In this document: in pieces, positions 1-8,267 of the stretch | Layout of the letters: every line of letters begins with the position of its first letter | Numbering within the stretch: the first letter of the stretch is position 1 | From: an uncultured Bacillales bacterium | GTDB lineage: Bacteria > Bacillota_I > Bacilli_A > RFN20 > CAG-288 | Direction of reading: 5' to 3' | Length of the DNA stretch: 64,000 nucleotides | Assembly (NCBI GenBank): GCA_937896065.1 | Contig: CALBLI010000049.1 | Coordinates: 449-64,448, forward strand | Notes under the pieces: model-generated | What the model was told of the DNA's origin: nothing | Database searches by the model: none | What the model saw: the letters and a program-made list of their open reading frames with translations, nothing else | Position numbers and translations under genes: made by a program

Positions 1-6
1 TTAAAT

Positions 7-49
7 GTAAGCGTCAATAACTTTGACGTTATTAACGCTTACGTTTTTT
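7..49 (+). terminator. Rho-independent terminator-like hairpin (15-bp stem, 1 mismatch) plus T-run
   Basis: gtaagcgtcaataac (7-21) pairs with gttattaacgcttac (28-42) across a 6-nt loop and is followed by gtttttt. It presumably ends a + strand gene upstream of the window. Confidence 0.55.
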
Positions 50-318
50 GATGAAAAATAATGTAAATTAAAAAAAATTTTGAAATTAGCAAAATATATT
101 AAAAACTATTTATTTTTACTTATAAAACTTCAAAAATATTTAGTATGCGTAATTGCTATGAAAAAAATGAGAAATTTACCAAAAGAATTTAAAATGGCTA
201 GAGATTTTGCTTATTTTAATTATAACAAAATTAATAAAAGTCTATCTAAAATATTAAAAGGAAGTATTAATCCGTAACTTTTATTTAAATATGGCACCAC
301 TTTTTATAGTTTTAATAA

Positions 319-1224
319 TTAATCATAAAAATAATAAATCCAATAATAAGGTAATTTAACTATTTTATATACAGGACAAGATGAAAATATACCTCCGCAA
401 ATTAATAGTATAATTATAACAAAAGCCTGTACTGCAAAATTATAGAAAATATAAGCTATAGTGCCAAAGACTAGTGCCAGAATCAATACGAGCATAGAGA
501 ATATAAAAGGAATTGTTAAAGATTCCATAAGCATGTAAGAATCAGTACTATTATGCCTTCTTGACATACGTTGATAATTTCTAATTGCATAAATAAAGAG
601 AACTATTGCTGAAATAGCATAACAAGAAATAGAATTTTTACAATCTTCTAAATCTCTATATATATAAGACTTAAAAAAGACATAACAGATAACGCCAGCT
701 AAGATTCCAGCTCCAAAAGTACAATCAATTAAAGTAGCATATTTAGATTTTTCGCCATACAAAAAGATATAAGGAATGCATAAAAAGCTAAATAAACCTA
801 TTGCTGGTAAGTATTTAACTATATTTCCACAAAAATCTTTAATAAAAACAAAATGCCACCAATTTTTATAATCGAGATTTGATAAAAAGTCTAACTTATA
901 GTTGATAGACAAAATATCTAATAAATTCGCTTTTAAAAAATAATGAGGGATAAAATAAGATATGAGTGAAAGACCTATTATAAACAATAAAGATATAATC
1001 TTACTTATGAGAGTGTTAGAAAAAATTTTACTGTTTAAAAAATGTATTCTTTTTTTTGCAGGCACATCAGCAGTTGAAGTAGGACTAGTAGAACAAGAAA
1101 CATTATCAACATTGATTATGTTTTCATTATTGCTGTTATTGTAATACTCTAAATAGGAAATTGTTTTATCTCGTAAGTACTTATAATCCATACTGTAATC
1201 TAAAGTTTCATCATTACTATTCAT
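319..1224 (-). CDS. Polytopic membrane protein of unknown function
   Basis: 301-aa ORF with a ~70-aa polar N-terminus followed by about 7 hydrophobic helices (e.g. LISKIISLLFIIGLSLISYFI, FIFSMLVLILALVFGTIAYIF). I recognise no family motif. Confidence 0.55.
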   Translation of the reverse strand: MNSNDETLDYSMDYKYLRDKTISYLEYYNNSNNENIINVDNVSCSTSPTSTADVPAKKRIHFLNSKIFSNTLISKIISLLFIIGLSLISYFIPHYFLKANLLDILSINYKLDFLSNLDYKNWWHFVFIKDFCGNIVKYLPAIGLFSFLCIPYIFLYGEKSKYATLIDCTFGAGILAGVICYVFFKSYIYRDLEDCKNSISCYAISAIVLFIYAIRNYQRMSRRHNSTDSYMLMESLTIPFIFSMLVLILALVFGTIAYIFYNFAVQAFVIIILLICGGIFSSCPVYKIVKLPYYWIYYFYD

Positions 1225-1348
1225 AGCAGTTATTCTCCATCAATTTATATATTTTAATACTCATTTTTTTAAATCAAAGTAATTTTAACTAAATAGTAAA
1301 CTTTTTATAATCGAAACACAAAATAATCATTATTAATAACTAAACAAA

Positions 1349-1426
1349 TGGTTGAGACGACGGGATTTGAACCCGTGAAGACTAAGTCCCGAACCTAGTG
1401 TGATAACCAAGCTACACGACGTCTCA
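1349..1426 (-). tRNA. tRNA-Pro (anticodon CGG)
   Basis: The reverse complement folds as a cloverleaf. Acceptor is TGAGACG/CGTCTCA, T-arm is ACGGG-TTCAAAT-CCCGT, and the anticodon stem CTAGG/CTTAG carries the loop TTCGGGA (CGG, G37). Discriminator A and an encoded CCA follow; 78 nt in total. Confidence 0.8.
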
Positions 1427-1507
1427 ATCACAATGATATTATATCATAATATTAAAATAATTTATCACTCAAACACTACTACCTTATCTATATATAATGT
1501 ATGCATT

Positions 1508-1539
1508 AAAAAAGATCAGATTTTACTCTGATCTTTTTT
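1508..1539. terminator. Bidirectional rho-independent terminator
   Basis: agatcaga (1513-1520) pairs with tctgatct (1527-1534). An A-run lies on one side and a T-run on the other, 4 nt downstream of the stop of the 1730-aa gene. Confidence 0.7.
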
Positions 1540-1542
1540 ATT

Positions 1543-4500
1543 TTACTTTTTCTTAGTAGGATCAACAGGTTTAATTACTGGTTTAGGTTTAGTATTTAAA
1601 CGATGCTTGATACTGACAGGTGCCATAACTTTATTATCATTATTTGCATCTTCTTTCTTTTCTTCAGTATTTTCACTACTATTTGTAGCTACATAAGCAA
1701 CAGGTTTAATTGGAGTAATAGGTTTATTTGGTTTATTACTTTCATTTTCTTTTTCCTGCTTCTCAAGTTCTTGCTGTCTGAGCTTGTCTTCTTCAATAGC
1801 CTTCTTGAGTTCTCTTATTGATTTAGAGTGAGAAGCTGTTGATACAAACTTAGGTTGATTGCGATATTTGCTTAAATCATCGACAGTTGAGATGTTAGAA
1901 ATATCATCAGCTTTAGTATTACCACGATTAGCAATAACTGGTGAAACTGTTGATCTAACTTTAGCAATACCTCTAGTGAAGGCTTCTTCAGGAGTTAAGT
2001 AGCCATCATATTTATCAATCATGAATTCTTTCAAATTGAATGGAACATGCTTTGGTTCAACAGGTTTAATCTTAATTTCTGGCTTCTTAGCTTGAATATC
2101 ATGGAGAGGTTTATTGATTTTCTCTAGAACTTTTTCTTCTTCAGCTTCAACTGTTTCTTCTTCATGTTTGATTGGAGCAACAGGTACTATTGGTTTCTTT
2201 GGTTTAGAGATGACAGGTTGTTTAACTTCTTCCTTCTCTTCTTCCTTAACTTCAATAGGTTCTTCCTCAATAGGTTCGTCTTCTTTAACTACCTCATATG
2301 CTTCAAGTTCAACAGGTGTTTCTTCAACAGTTATCTCTTCTTCAATAGGTTTAACTGATGTTTCAATAATCTCTGCATCCTTAATAGATTCTTCTTTAGA
2401 TACAACAGTAGGAGTTTCTTCTACTTTAGTTTCAATAGGCTCTTCTTGTTGTTCTTCCTCAGTAGGTTCATCTTCTTTAACAACTTCGTAGGCTTCAAAT
2501 TCACCATCATCTTCAACTAAGGTTTCTTCCTCAATAGCAGGTGTTGTTTCTTCTACTTTAGTTTCAACAGGTGTTTCTTCAATAGCTGTCTCTTCTTTTA
2601 CAACTTCATAGAAGTCAAAGATAGTATCATCTTGTGGTGTTTCTTTAACTTCTTGGACAGGTTCACTGATTGTTTCAACAGGTGTTTCTTCAGCTAAATC
2701 TTCAGCTTTAACTACTTCATAGAAATCAAATTTTGTTTCATCTACTGGAGTAATTATTTCTTCTTTTTCATCATTTTCAAATGAAGCAGGAAGTTCTTCT
2801 TCAACAAATGGGTCGACTACTTTTTCTTCTTTTTCGATAAGCTTGACACCATCATGTTCTTCACCAAGTGATAAATAGATATAGTAAGCACGATCATCAA
2901 TATCATTATCAGTGATTTCAACATGTTCAGTTAAATCGCATTCTTCATTATCTGGTGATAATGATTTAGCTATATCTTCAGCACGATCTTTTTCTTCTTC
3001 TTGTTGTAAATCGCTTATATCGCAACTTTCACTATTTGGTGATAATGAATCAGCAATTTCTTCTGCTCGATCATCGGTAGATTTATCTTCAACTGTTTCA
3101 AGTTTTGATAAGTCAATCTTTGCAAGCTCAATTTCAGGCCATGGGTCTGGAAGCTTGATAGAATCATCAACTTTTTCAAATGGTGAATCAACTTCATCAA
3201 ATAAAGAAGCACCATCATAATCAAGTGACTGTTTGATTTCTTCAGCTCTAGCTTTTTCTCTTCTTTCAGCTACTACTTCAACAGGAAGAGTCAGATCTTC
3301 AAGTTCTTTTTCCTCATCTTCAAATTGTTTATGTAATTTTTCTTCATCATCAAATGGTGAATATAAATTGTAGCTTACTTTGTTAATTAAATCGAGTGAA
3401 TTATATAAGGATAAAGCTCTATCCATAAATAGACTTTCTTTAAATAATTCGCCTATTCTTTGATCTTCAAGAATTTCTTCAGTTTCTATTACATCGCCTA
3501 TAAACTTGTTAGTATCTTCAAATGGTGAATAAACATCACTTAAATTATCTGAAAGTTCAATAGAATCATATAATTTCTTAGCTCTATCAAATAAGAGATT
3601 ATCATTTATAGATGATAAGATGTCTTCAGCTTTAGCTTTTAATACTTCATCACTTTCATGAGGATCAATTACATCGCCTGCATCTTTACTTGATTCAAGT
3701 GAATTAAAGATTTCAAGAGCACGAGTTGTAAATTCAGGAAGCTTATCTTCAGCAAATGGCCTTTCACCCCATGGATTATAGATAGTTTCATATGGAGCAT
3801 CCAATGCAAGTTCAATTGAATAGAATATTGACATTGCACGAGCAAGACCATCAATATTCTCTTCTCTATCACCCATGTAACTGATATAGGAGACATATAA
3901 GTTGTGAACTTGTACTTCATCGTATTCACTAGTGACATGATAGAAGCCTCTGACATAGACAGGTAAGAACCATCTTTGATATGTTTCAGGTTCACTGGTC
4001 TTAACATCAACTTTATTATTATCAGCTAATGTGACTGGGACAATCTTCTCACCAGTTTCTTCAACTTCAACAACCTCATTATAGATAGTCAAATCAGGTG
4101 CAAGTTTAGCGGGTACATCATTGTACATAGTAGCGATGATACTTGCAATTGGCTTGTATTTGACAAGGATAACATTCTTTTCACCAGGTTTATCATTGTA
4201 ATTTTCATATTCAACATGGGTTGGAATACCATCTCCATAGCCATTAGCAAATACTTGTGAATATAGACCAAGTCCATATCCACGACCTCTTCCAACAATA
4301 TGCTTGACAACTTTGCCAGATTCGGAAGCAATACGACGATATTCTTTCTTCCACTTGAAGGCAAGAGGGTGACTTCTTCCACAAATGAGAAGCAAATGGA
4401 ATAAGCCATCAACAACTATAATTGCAACGAGTGAATAAACAAGAGTCATTGCCTTTGGATTCAAATTGAAGTTGAAATTACGTAGCACATCAATTGGTGA

Positions 4501-6735
4501 ATCTAAGGAAATATATTCAGCAACTAAATCGAAGGTATCATATAGATAATTCATATATGGTACTTCATATAGTTCGTTTCTAAAACATAATAGATAGAAA
4601 CAAACTAAGATAAATAAATTAGCTAATATAATGAGCAGTTCGACAAATGTTCTAAACCACATGGCTGATTTACCACGTCGTTTACTATGATTTAAAGTAG
4701 CACAAGCTAAATGTACTTGAAGTAACATAATAGCCGTACATGTAACTATTATAAATAATGTTACAATAGCCATGAAATCAGCACTTTGTCCCCAATTTGG
4801 AAGTGGTGGATTAGTCAAATTAAATGGTGTATAGAACCTAGTAGGAACCATATTGATAACTTGTCTTACAACATAGAATGAAACAAGTTCATCAAAATAT
4901 AAATCTTTAAGTGGCGTAAATAATAAAACTGCAACTAAAGCAAGTAAAGTAAATATTACAATATAGAATATGTCAAAGAATCTGACAATTTTATCTTGCC
5001 ATCTCTTATATAAAGTAGTTTGCTCTGTTGAATATTTATATTCATGGATAGTCTCATAGACAACTTTAGCAGAACCACCTATATTATTGTCACCAGGAAT
5101 AGTATCTTCTTCAGCAACTTTTAATAAATCATCTTCTTCACCAGGGAATGTATCACCATATACAGCATCAGATCCATCAAAGTCAGCATTAAAAGCACTA
5201 GGATCAAAAGTTGACATTGTAGTTTCATAATCATCGTTTGGTTGAATAGCCTGTCCAGGTCTAAGCTTTGGTTTTTCAACCTTCTTTTCTTCTATTACTT
5301 CTTCATTAGGCTCTTCAGAAACTATTTCCTCATTTACTGCAGGTGTTTCATTAGGTTCTTCCTTCTTGCCTTTGTTTTTCTTCTTATTTTTCTTTTCTTC
5401 TTTTGCAAGCTTCTTTAATTCTTTTTTGGATAAAGGAACCTCATTTATTGAAGTTTCAGTGGCTTTAATTTGTGGATTTTCACCTTTAACAATCATCACA
5501 CCATCTTCAACATCAGGTGCATTTTGACTAGAAATACTAACTGTATTGTCTTTATTTTTTGAAACTTTTTTAGCTTCTTTTCTAGCTTTTTTTTCATTTT
5601 TCTTTTCTTCTTTTGCAAGTTTCTTTAATTCTTTTTTTGATAATTTAGTTTCGTCTTTTTGATAAATATCCTTATCGTCAAACGAATCAGAAGCAACAAC
5701 ATTATTTTCTAATTTTTTATTTTCTTTTTTATCATGTTTTTTGTTCTTTTTGTCTTTTTTATCTTTTGAAAGTTCATTTGAAGATATAAGTTGTTCAAGT
5801 TCATTGTTAGTTAATGCGTTATCGTTATTTAAAGCGTCCAAATTTACTGGTTCTAAAGAATCAAAAATACGGCTCTCTTGATTTGTTGGTGAAACTTTTT
5901 TATCATCATCACCATCAAAAGAGTCAGTGGCCATTTTGTAGCCTACAGAAGAAAAATCACGTTTCTTATTGGATTTTTCAGCTTTTTTTGTGAATAAACC
6001 ATTTGGAATAATTTGATAATCCTGTTTTTCTTGCATAATAGGTCTATTACCGCCTTTCTTAACTTCATTAACTAGAGAACCATAACTTGATTTTTTTTCT
6101 CTACTAGTAATTATAACATATCCAGTAATAAATAAGTTAACTATTACTTGTACGATAATTACATAAAACTCGACTGAAACATACGAGTTCTTAAAAAAGT
6201 TAAATTTCCTCAATATTCCATCACCATCAAACCATCTAGCCATAGTGGAATATAGTTGACTGACAAATGGAATAGAATTTTCTATTGACTGAGGTAGACA
6301 ATAGAGAAGAAAAGTAGTTAAACAGAGAAAATTGATGATAAATGCAATAATCTCTATGGTTATTTTGGAAGGTTTATTCCTAGCATTTTTATCAATGATA
6401 TTCGTGATAACTAGCACATTTGAGTATACAAGAAATACTAATGTAACAAGAACCAGGCACCAAAGATAGAAAGAAACAAAAGCAATAAAATTCTTACTAA
6501 CATCACCAAATGACGCAATATTGATAGCAAATGGCTCATAAACTAATGAAGGCATCAATGCTACAAGACCGTCAAAGAACGGAATGGTTGCAAACTTATC
6601 TAGTTTTGAGCTTGGAGGAGTTAGAAAGACGATTGGATAAGCAATAAGCAATAAACCAATTGCAATAAACAAAGCATTGACTATGCGTATCGCTTTTCTT
6701 TTAGTTCTCTTGTTCTGTACGGTTTGCATTCTCAT
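1543..6735 (-). CDS. Giant (1730 aa) repeat-rich membrane protein, unknown function
   Basis: Uninterrupted 5.2-kb ORF with RBS ggaggc 8 nt upstream of the ATG. It has two polytopic TM modules separated by a K/E-rich linker, then a globular region and several acidic repeat families (see findings). I recognise no enzymatic motif. Confidence 0.8.
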   Translation of the reverse strand: MRMQTVQNKRTKRKAIRIVNALFIAIGLLLIAYPIVFLTPPSSKLDKFATIPFFDGLVALMPSLVYEPFAINIASFGDVSKNFIAFVSFYLWCLVLVTLVFLVYSNVLVITNIIDKNARNKPSKITIEIIAFIINFLCLTTFLLYCLPQSIENSIPFVSQLYSTMARWFDGDGILRKFNFFKNSYVSVEFYVIIVQVIVNLFITGYVIITSREKKSSYGSLVNEVKKGGNRPIMQEKQDYQIIPNGLFTKKAEKSNKKRDFSSVGYKMATDSFDGDDDKKVSPTNQESRIFDSLEPVNLDALNNDNALTNNELEQLISSNELSKDKKDKKNKKHDKKENKKLENNVVASDSFDDKDIYQKDETKLSKKELKKLAKEEKKNEKKARKEAKKVSKNKDNTVSISSQNAPDVEDGVMIVKGENPQIKATETSINEVPLSKKELKKLAKEEKKNKKKNKGKKEEPNETPAVNEEIVSEEPNEEVIEEKKVEKPKLRPGQAIQPNDDYETTMSTFDPSAFNADFDGSDAVYGDTFPGEEDDLLKVAEEDTIPGDNNIGGSAKVVYETIHEYKYSTEQTTLYKRWQDKIVRFFDIFYIVIFTLLALVAVLLFTPLKDLYFDELVSFYVVRQVINMVPTRFYTPFNLTNPPLPNWGQSADFMAIVTLFIIVTCTAIMLLQVHLACATLNHSKRRGKSAMWFRTFVELLIILANLFILVCFYLLCFRNELYEVPYMNYLYDTFDLVAEYISLDSPIDVLRNFNFNLNPKAMTLVYSLVAIIVVDGLFHLLLICGRSHPLAFKWKKEYRRIASESGKVVKHIVGRGRGYGLGLYSQVFANGYGDGIPTHVEYENYNDKPGEKNVILVKYKPIASIIATMYNDVPAKLAPDLTIYNEVVEVEETGEKIVPVTLADNNKVDVKTSEPETYQRWFLPVYVRGFYHVTSEYDEVQVHNLYVSYISYMGDREENIDGLARAMSIFYSIELALDAPYETIYNPWGERPFAEDKLPEFTTRALEIFNSLESSKDAGDVIDPHESDEVLKAKAEDILSSINDNLLFDRAKKLYDSIELSDNLSDVYSPFEDTNKFIGDVIETEEILEDQRIGELFKESLFMDRALSLYNSLDLINKVSYNLYSPFDDEEKLHKQFEDEEKELEDLTLPVEVVAERREKARAEEIKQSLDYDGASLFDEVDSPFEKVDDSIKLPDPWPEIELAKIDLSKLETVEDKSTDDRAEEIADSLSPNSESCDISDLQQEEEKDRAEDIAKSLSPDNEECDLTEHVEITDNDIDDRAYYIYLSLGEEHDGVKLIEKEEKVVDPFVEEELPASFENDEKEEIITPVDETKFDFYEVVKAEDLAEETPVETISEPVQEVKETPQDDTIFDFYEVVKEETAIEETPVETKVEETTPAIEEETLVEDDGEFEAYEVVKEDEPTEEEQQEEPIETKVEETPTVVSKEESIKDAEIIETSVKPIEEEITVEETPVELEAYEVVKEDEPIEEEPIEVKEEEKEEVKQPVISKPKKPIVPVAPIKHEEETVEAEEEKVLEKINKPLHDIQAKKPEIKIKPVEPKHVPFNLKEFMIDKYDGYLTPEEAFTRGIAKVRSTVSPVIANRGNTKADDISNISTVDDLSKYRNQPKFVSTASHSKSIRELKKAIEEDKLRQQELEKQEKENESNKPNKPITPIKPVAYVATNSSENTEEKKEDANNDNKVMAPVSIKHRLNTKPKPVIKPVDPTKKK
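2280..2740 (-). repeat. Four intragenic repeat units encoding F/L-(D/E)-(F/A)-YEVVK-x-E followed by E/P/T/V-rich spacers
   Basis: The reverse complement gives VELEAYEVV (~2287-2312), GEFEAYEVV (~2480-2505), TIFDFYEVV (~2598-2625) and TKFDFYEVV (~2710-2735). The DNA word caacaggtgtttcttca recurs three times (within ~2300-2330, ~2566-2587 and ~2664-2690). Confidence 0.8.
5386..5642 (-). repeat. 47-bp direct repeat pair, exactly 210 bp apart, inside the giant gene
   Basis: 5386-5432 and 5596-5642 differ at only 2 positions (5410 c vs 5620 t; 5428 g vs 5638 t). Both encode LSKKELKKLAKEEKKN. Confidence 0.85.
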
Positions 6736-6918
6736 TTTTTCGATTGCCTCCGTTAAGAAATCATATATTTAAAAAATATATGCCCACCAAAACATTTATA
6801 ATATACCACTAGCCGACAAGTTTTTACAAGTTTTTTATTATTTTTTTTAATATTTTCGGTGCTAATTTAAAAGAAACAACTTTCTTTAATGTGCACGTGT
6901 TAAACAAGTAAGAAAAAA

Positions 6919-6948
6919 GCTCGTTTGTTAATTAATAATCAAACGAGC
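6919..6948. terminator. Terminator-like hairpin inside a divergent promoter region
   Basis: gctcgtttg (6919-6927) pairs with caaacgagc (6940-6948) across a 12-nt loop. An A6 run lies on the 5' side, which is a T6 run when read on the minus strand. Confidence 0.4.
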
Positions 6949-7069
6949 CTTTCTGTGTGCTATTCAATAGAACTAATTTTCTAATTGACAATTAAATTAT
7001 ACATTATTGATCTATAAAATCAATAAATATTGATAAATTATTCAAATATAATAGCTAATAAACTATATA

Positions 7070-8227
7070 TTGTTTATGAGTTATGTGTGTCCAAGATGTG
7101 GAAATTCAGATGAAAGATATATAGGTTATTTCAAAAACAAACCTTATTGTAGACTATGTCTTTCTTTTCAAGGCAAAAGTGTTGAAAATGATATTTGTAT
7201 TACTAAAGATATTGAGTTAACTTTAGATTATCCACTGAGTGAGAAACAAAAAGAATGTTCAAATAATGTTTTAAATGCCCTCAATATGAATAGAAATGTT
7301 TTAATTCATGCTGTAACTGGGGCTGGAAAAACTGAACTTGTCTATCATTCAATGCATAAATATTTAAAAGAGGGCAAAAAAGTAGGCTTTGCAACTCCTA
7401 GAAAAGATGTTGTAATAGATTTAGCCCCCCGAATAAAAGAAGCTTTCAAAAATGCAAAAGTTGTCTCAGTTTATGGTGAACATAGTCAAATAATTTCAGG
7501 CGATATTATAGTTTTAACAACTCATCAGTTATATCGTTATCCTAATTATTTTGATTTACTAATTTTAGACGAGATTGATGCTTTTCCTTATAAAGGTAAT
7601 AAATTACTATTTTCTTTTTTTCGAAAGAGTGTAAAGGGTAATTACGTTCTTCTTTCAGCAACACCAAGTAATGATGATATAAATAAAGTGAAAAATGATA
7701 ATGGAATCATTATCACTTTATTTGAGCGTTATCATAAACATGACTTGATAGTTCCCGCTTTCATTCAAGCTAATAAATATAAACAATTCTTTTTAATTTT
7801 AAGATATTTATTAAAATTTATTAAAGAGAAGAAACCCGTTTTCATTTTCACACCTACAATATCAGAAGGTAAAAAACTTTTTTTCTTCTTATCATTATTT
7901 TTTCAAAATGGAAGTTTTGTCTCATCAAAAGAGGAAAATAGATCAATCGATATATCTAGAATTAAAAATAACATGTACGACTATCTTGTAACTACATCCA
8001 TTCTAGAAAGAGGAGTTACTTTAAAGAATCTTCAGGTTATTGTTTATAATGCTGGAAGTTATATTTACTCAGCTGAAGCATTGATTCAAATTGCAGGAAG
8101 AGTAGGAAGAAAAATAGATGCAACTTGTGGTGATGTCTATTTTTTAAGTGATGAAGAAACACCATCTATTAAAGATGCAATCAAAACCATCAAATTATGC
8201 AATTTAAAAAAGAACAATTCAAATTGA
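7070..8227 (+). CDS. comFA: Competence protein ComFA (DEAD/DEAH-box helicase-like DNA uptake ATPase)
   Basis: N-terminal Cys4 finger (CPRCG...CRLC), Walker A GAGKTE, DEID box and SATP motif. The track start is TTG 7070; ATG 7076 is an alternative. Confidence 0.8.
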   Translation: MFMSYVCPRCGNSDERYIGYFKNKPYCRLCLSFQGKSVENDICITKDIELTLDYPLSEKQKECSNNVLNALNMNRNVLIHAVTGAGKTELVYHSMHKYLKEGKKVGFATPRKDVVIDLAPRIKEAFKNAKVVSVYGEHSQIISGDIIVLTTHQLYRYPNYFDLLILDEIDAFPYKGNKLLFSFFRKSVKGNYVLLSATPSNDDINKVKNDNGIIITLFERYHKHDLIVPAFIQANKYKQFFLILRYLLKFIKEKKPVFIFTPTISEGKKLFFFLSLFFQNGSFVSSKEENRSIDISRIKNNMYDYLVTTSILERGVTLKNLQVIVYNAGSYIYSAEALIQIAGRVGRKIDATCGDVYFLSDEETPSIKDAIKTIKLCNLKKNNSN

Positions 8228-8267
8228 TATAATTTTATGTGCTAAAATCTAATAGAGGTAAATATTT

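Noticed and set aside
50-75. ataatgtaaatt resembles the XerD arm of Firmicutes dif (TTATGTAAACT).
   Set aside because: The left arm and spacer do not match a dif consensus, and the match is a short AT-rich word.
80-277. 65-aa ORF after the first terminator.
   Set aside because: It has a TTG start with no recognisable RBS, and its Lys/Asn/Ile-rich composition is what random AT-rich sequence gives. No motif is present. It could be a real small protein but I cannot support the call.
2114-2491. Plus-strand ORFs inside the giant gene: the 125-aa Ser-rich ORF, plus 1603-1821, 2164-2358 and 2912-3220.
   Set aside because: They are antisense shadows of GAA/GAT-rich acidic repeats, since TTC/ATC reads as Ser/Phe/Ile-rich low complexity. 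They have no RBS and lie fully inside a much better-supported gene.
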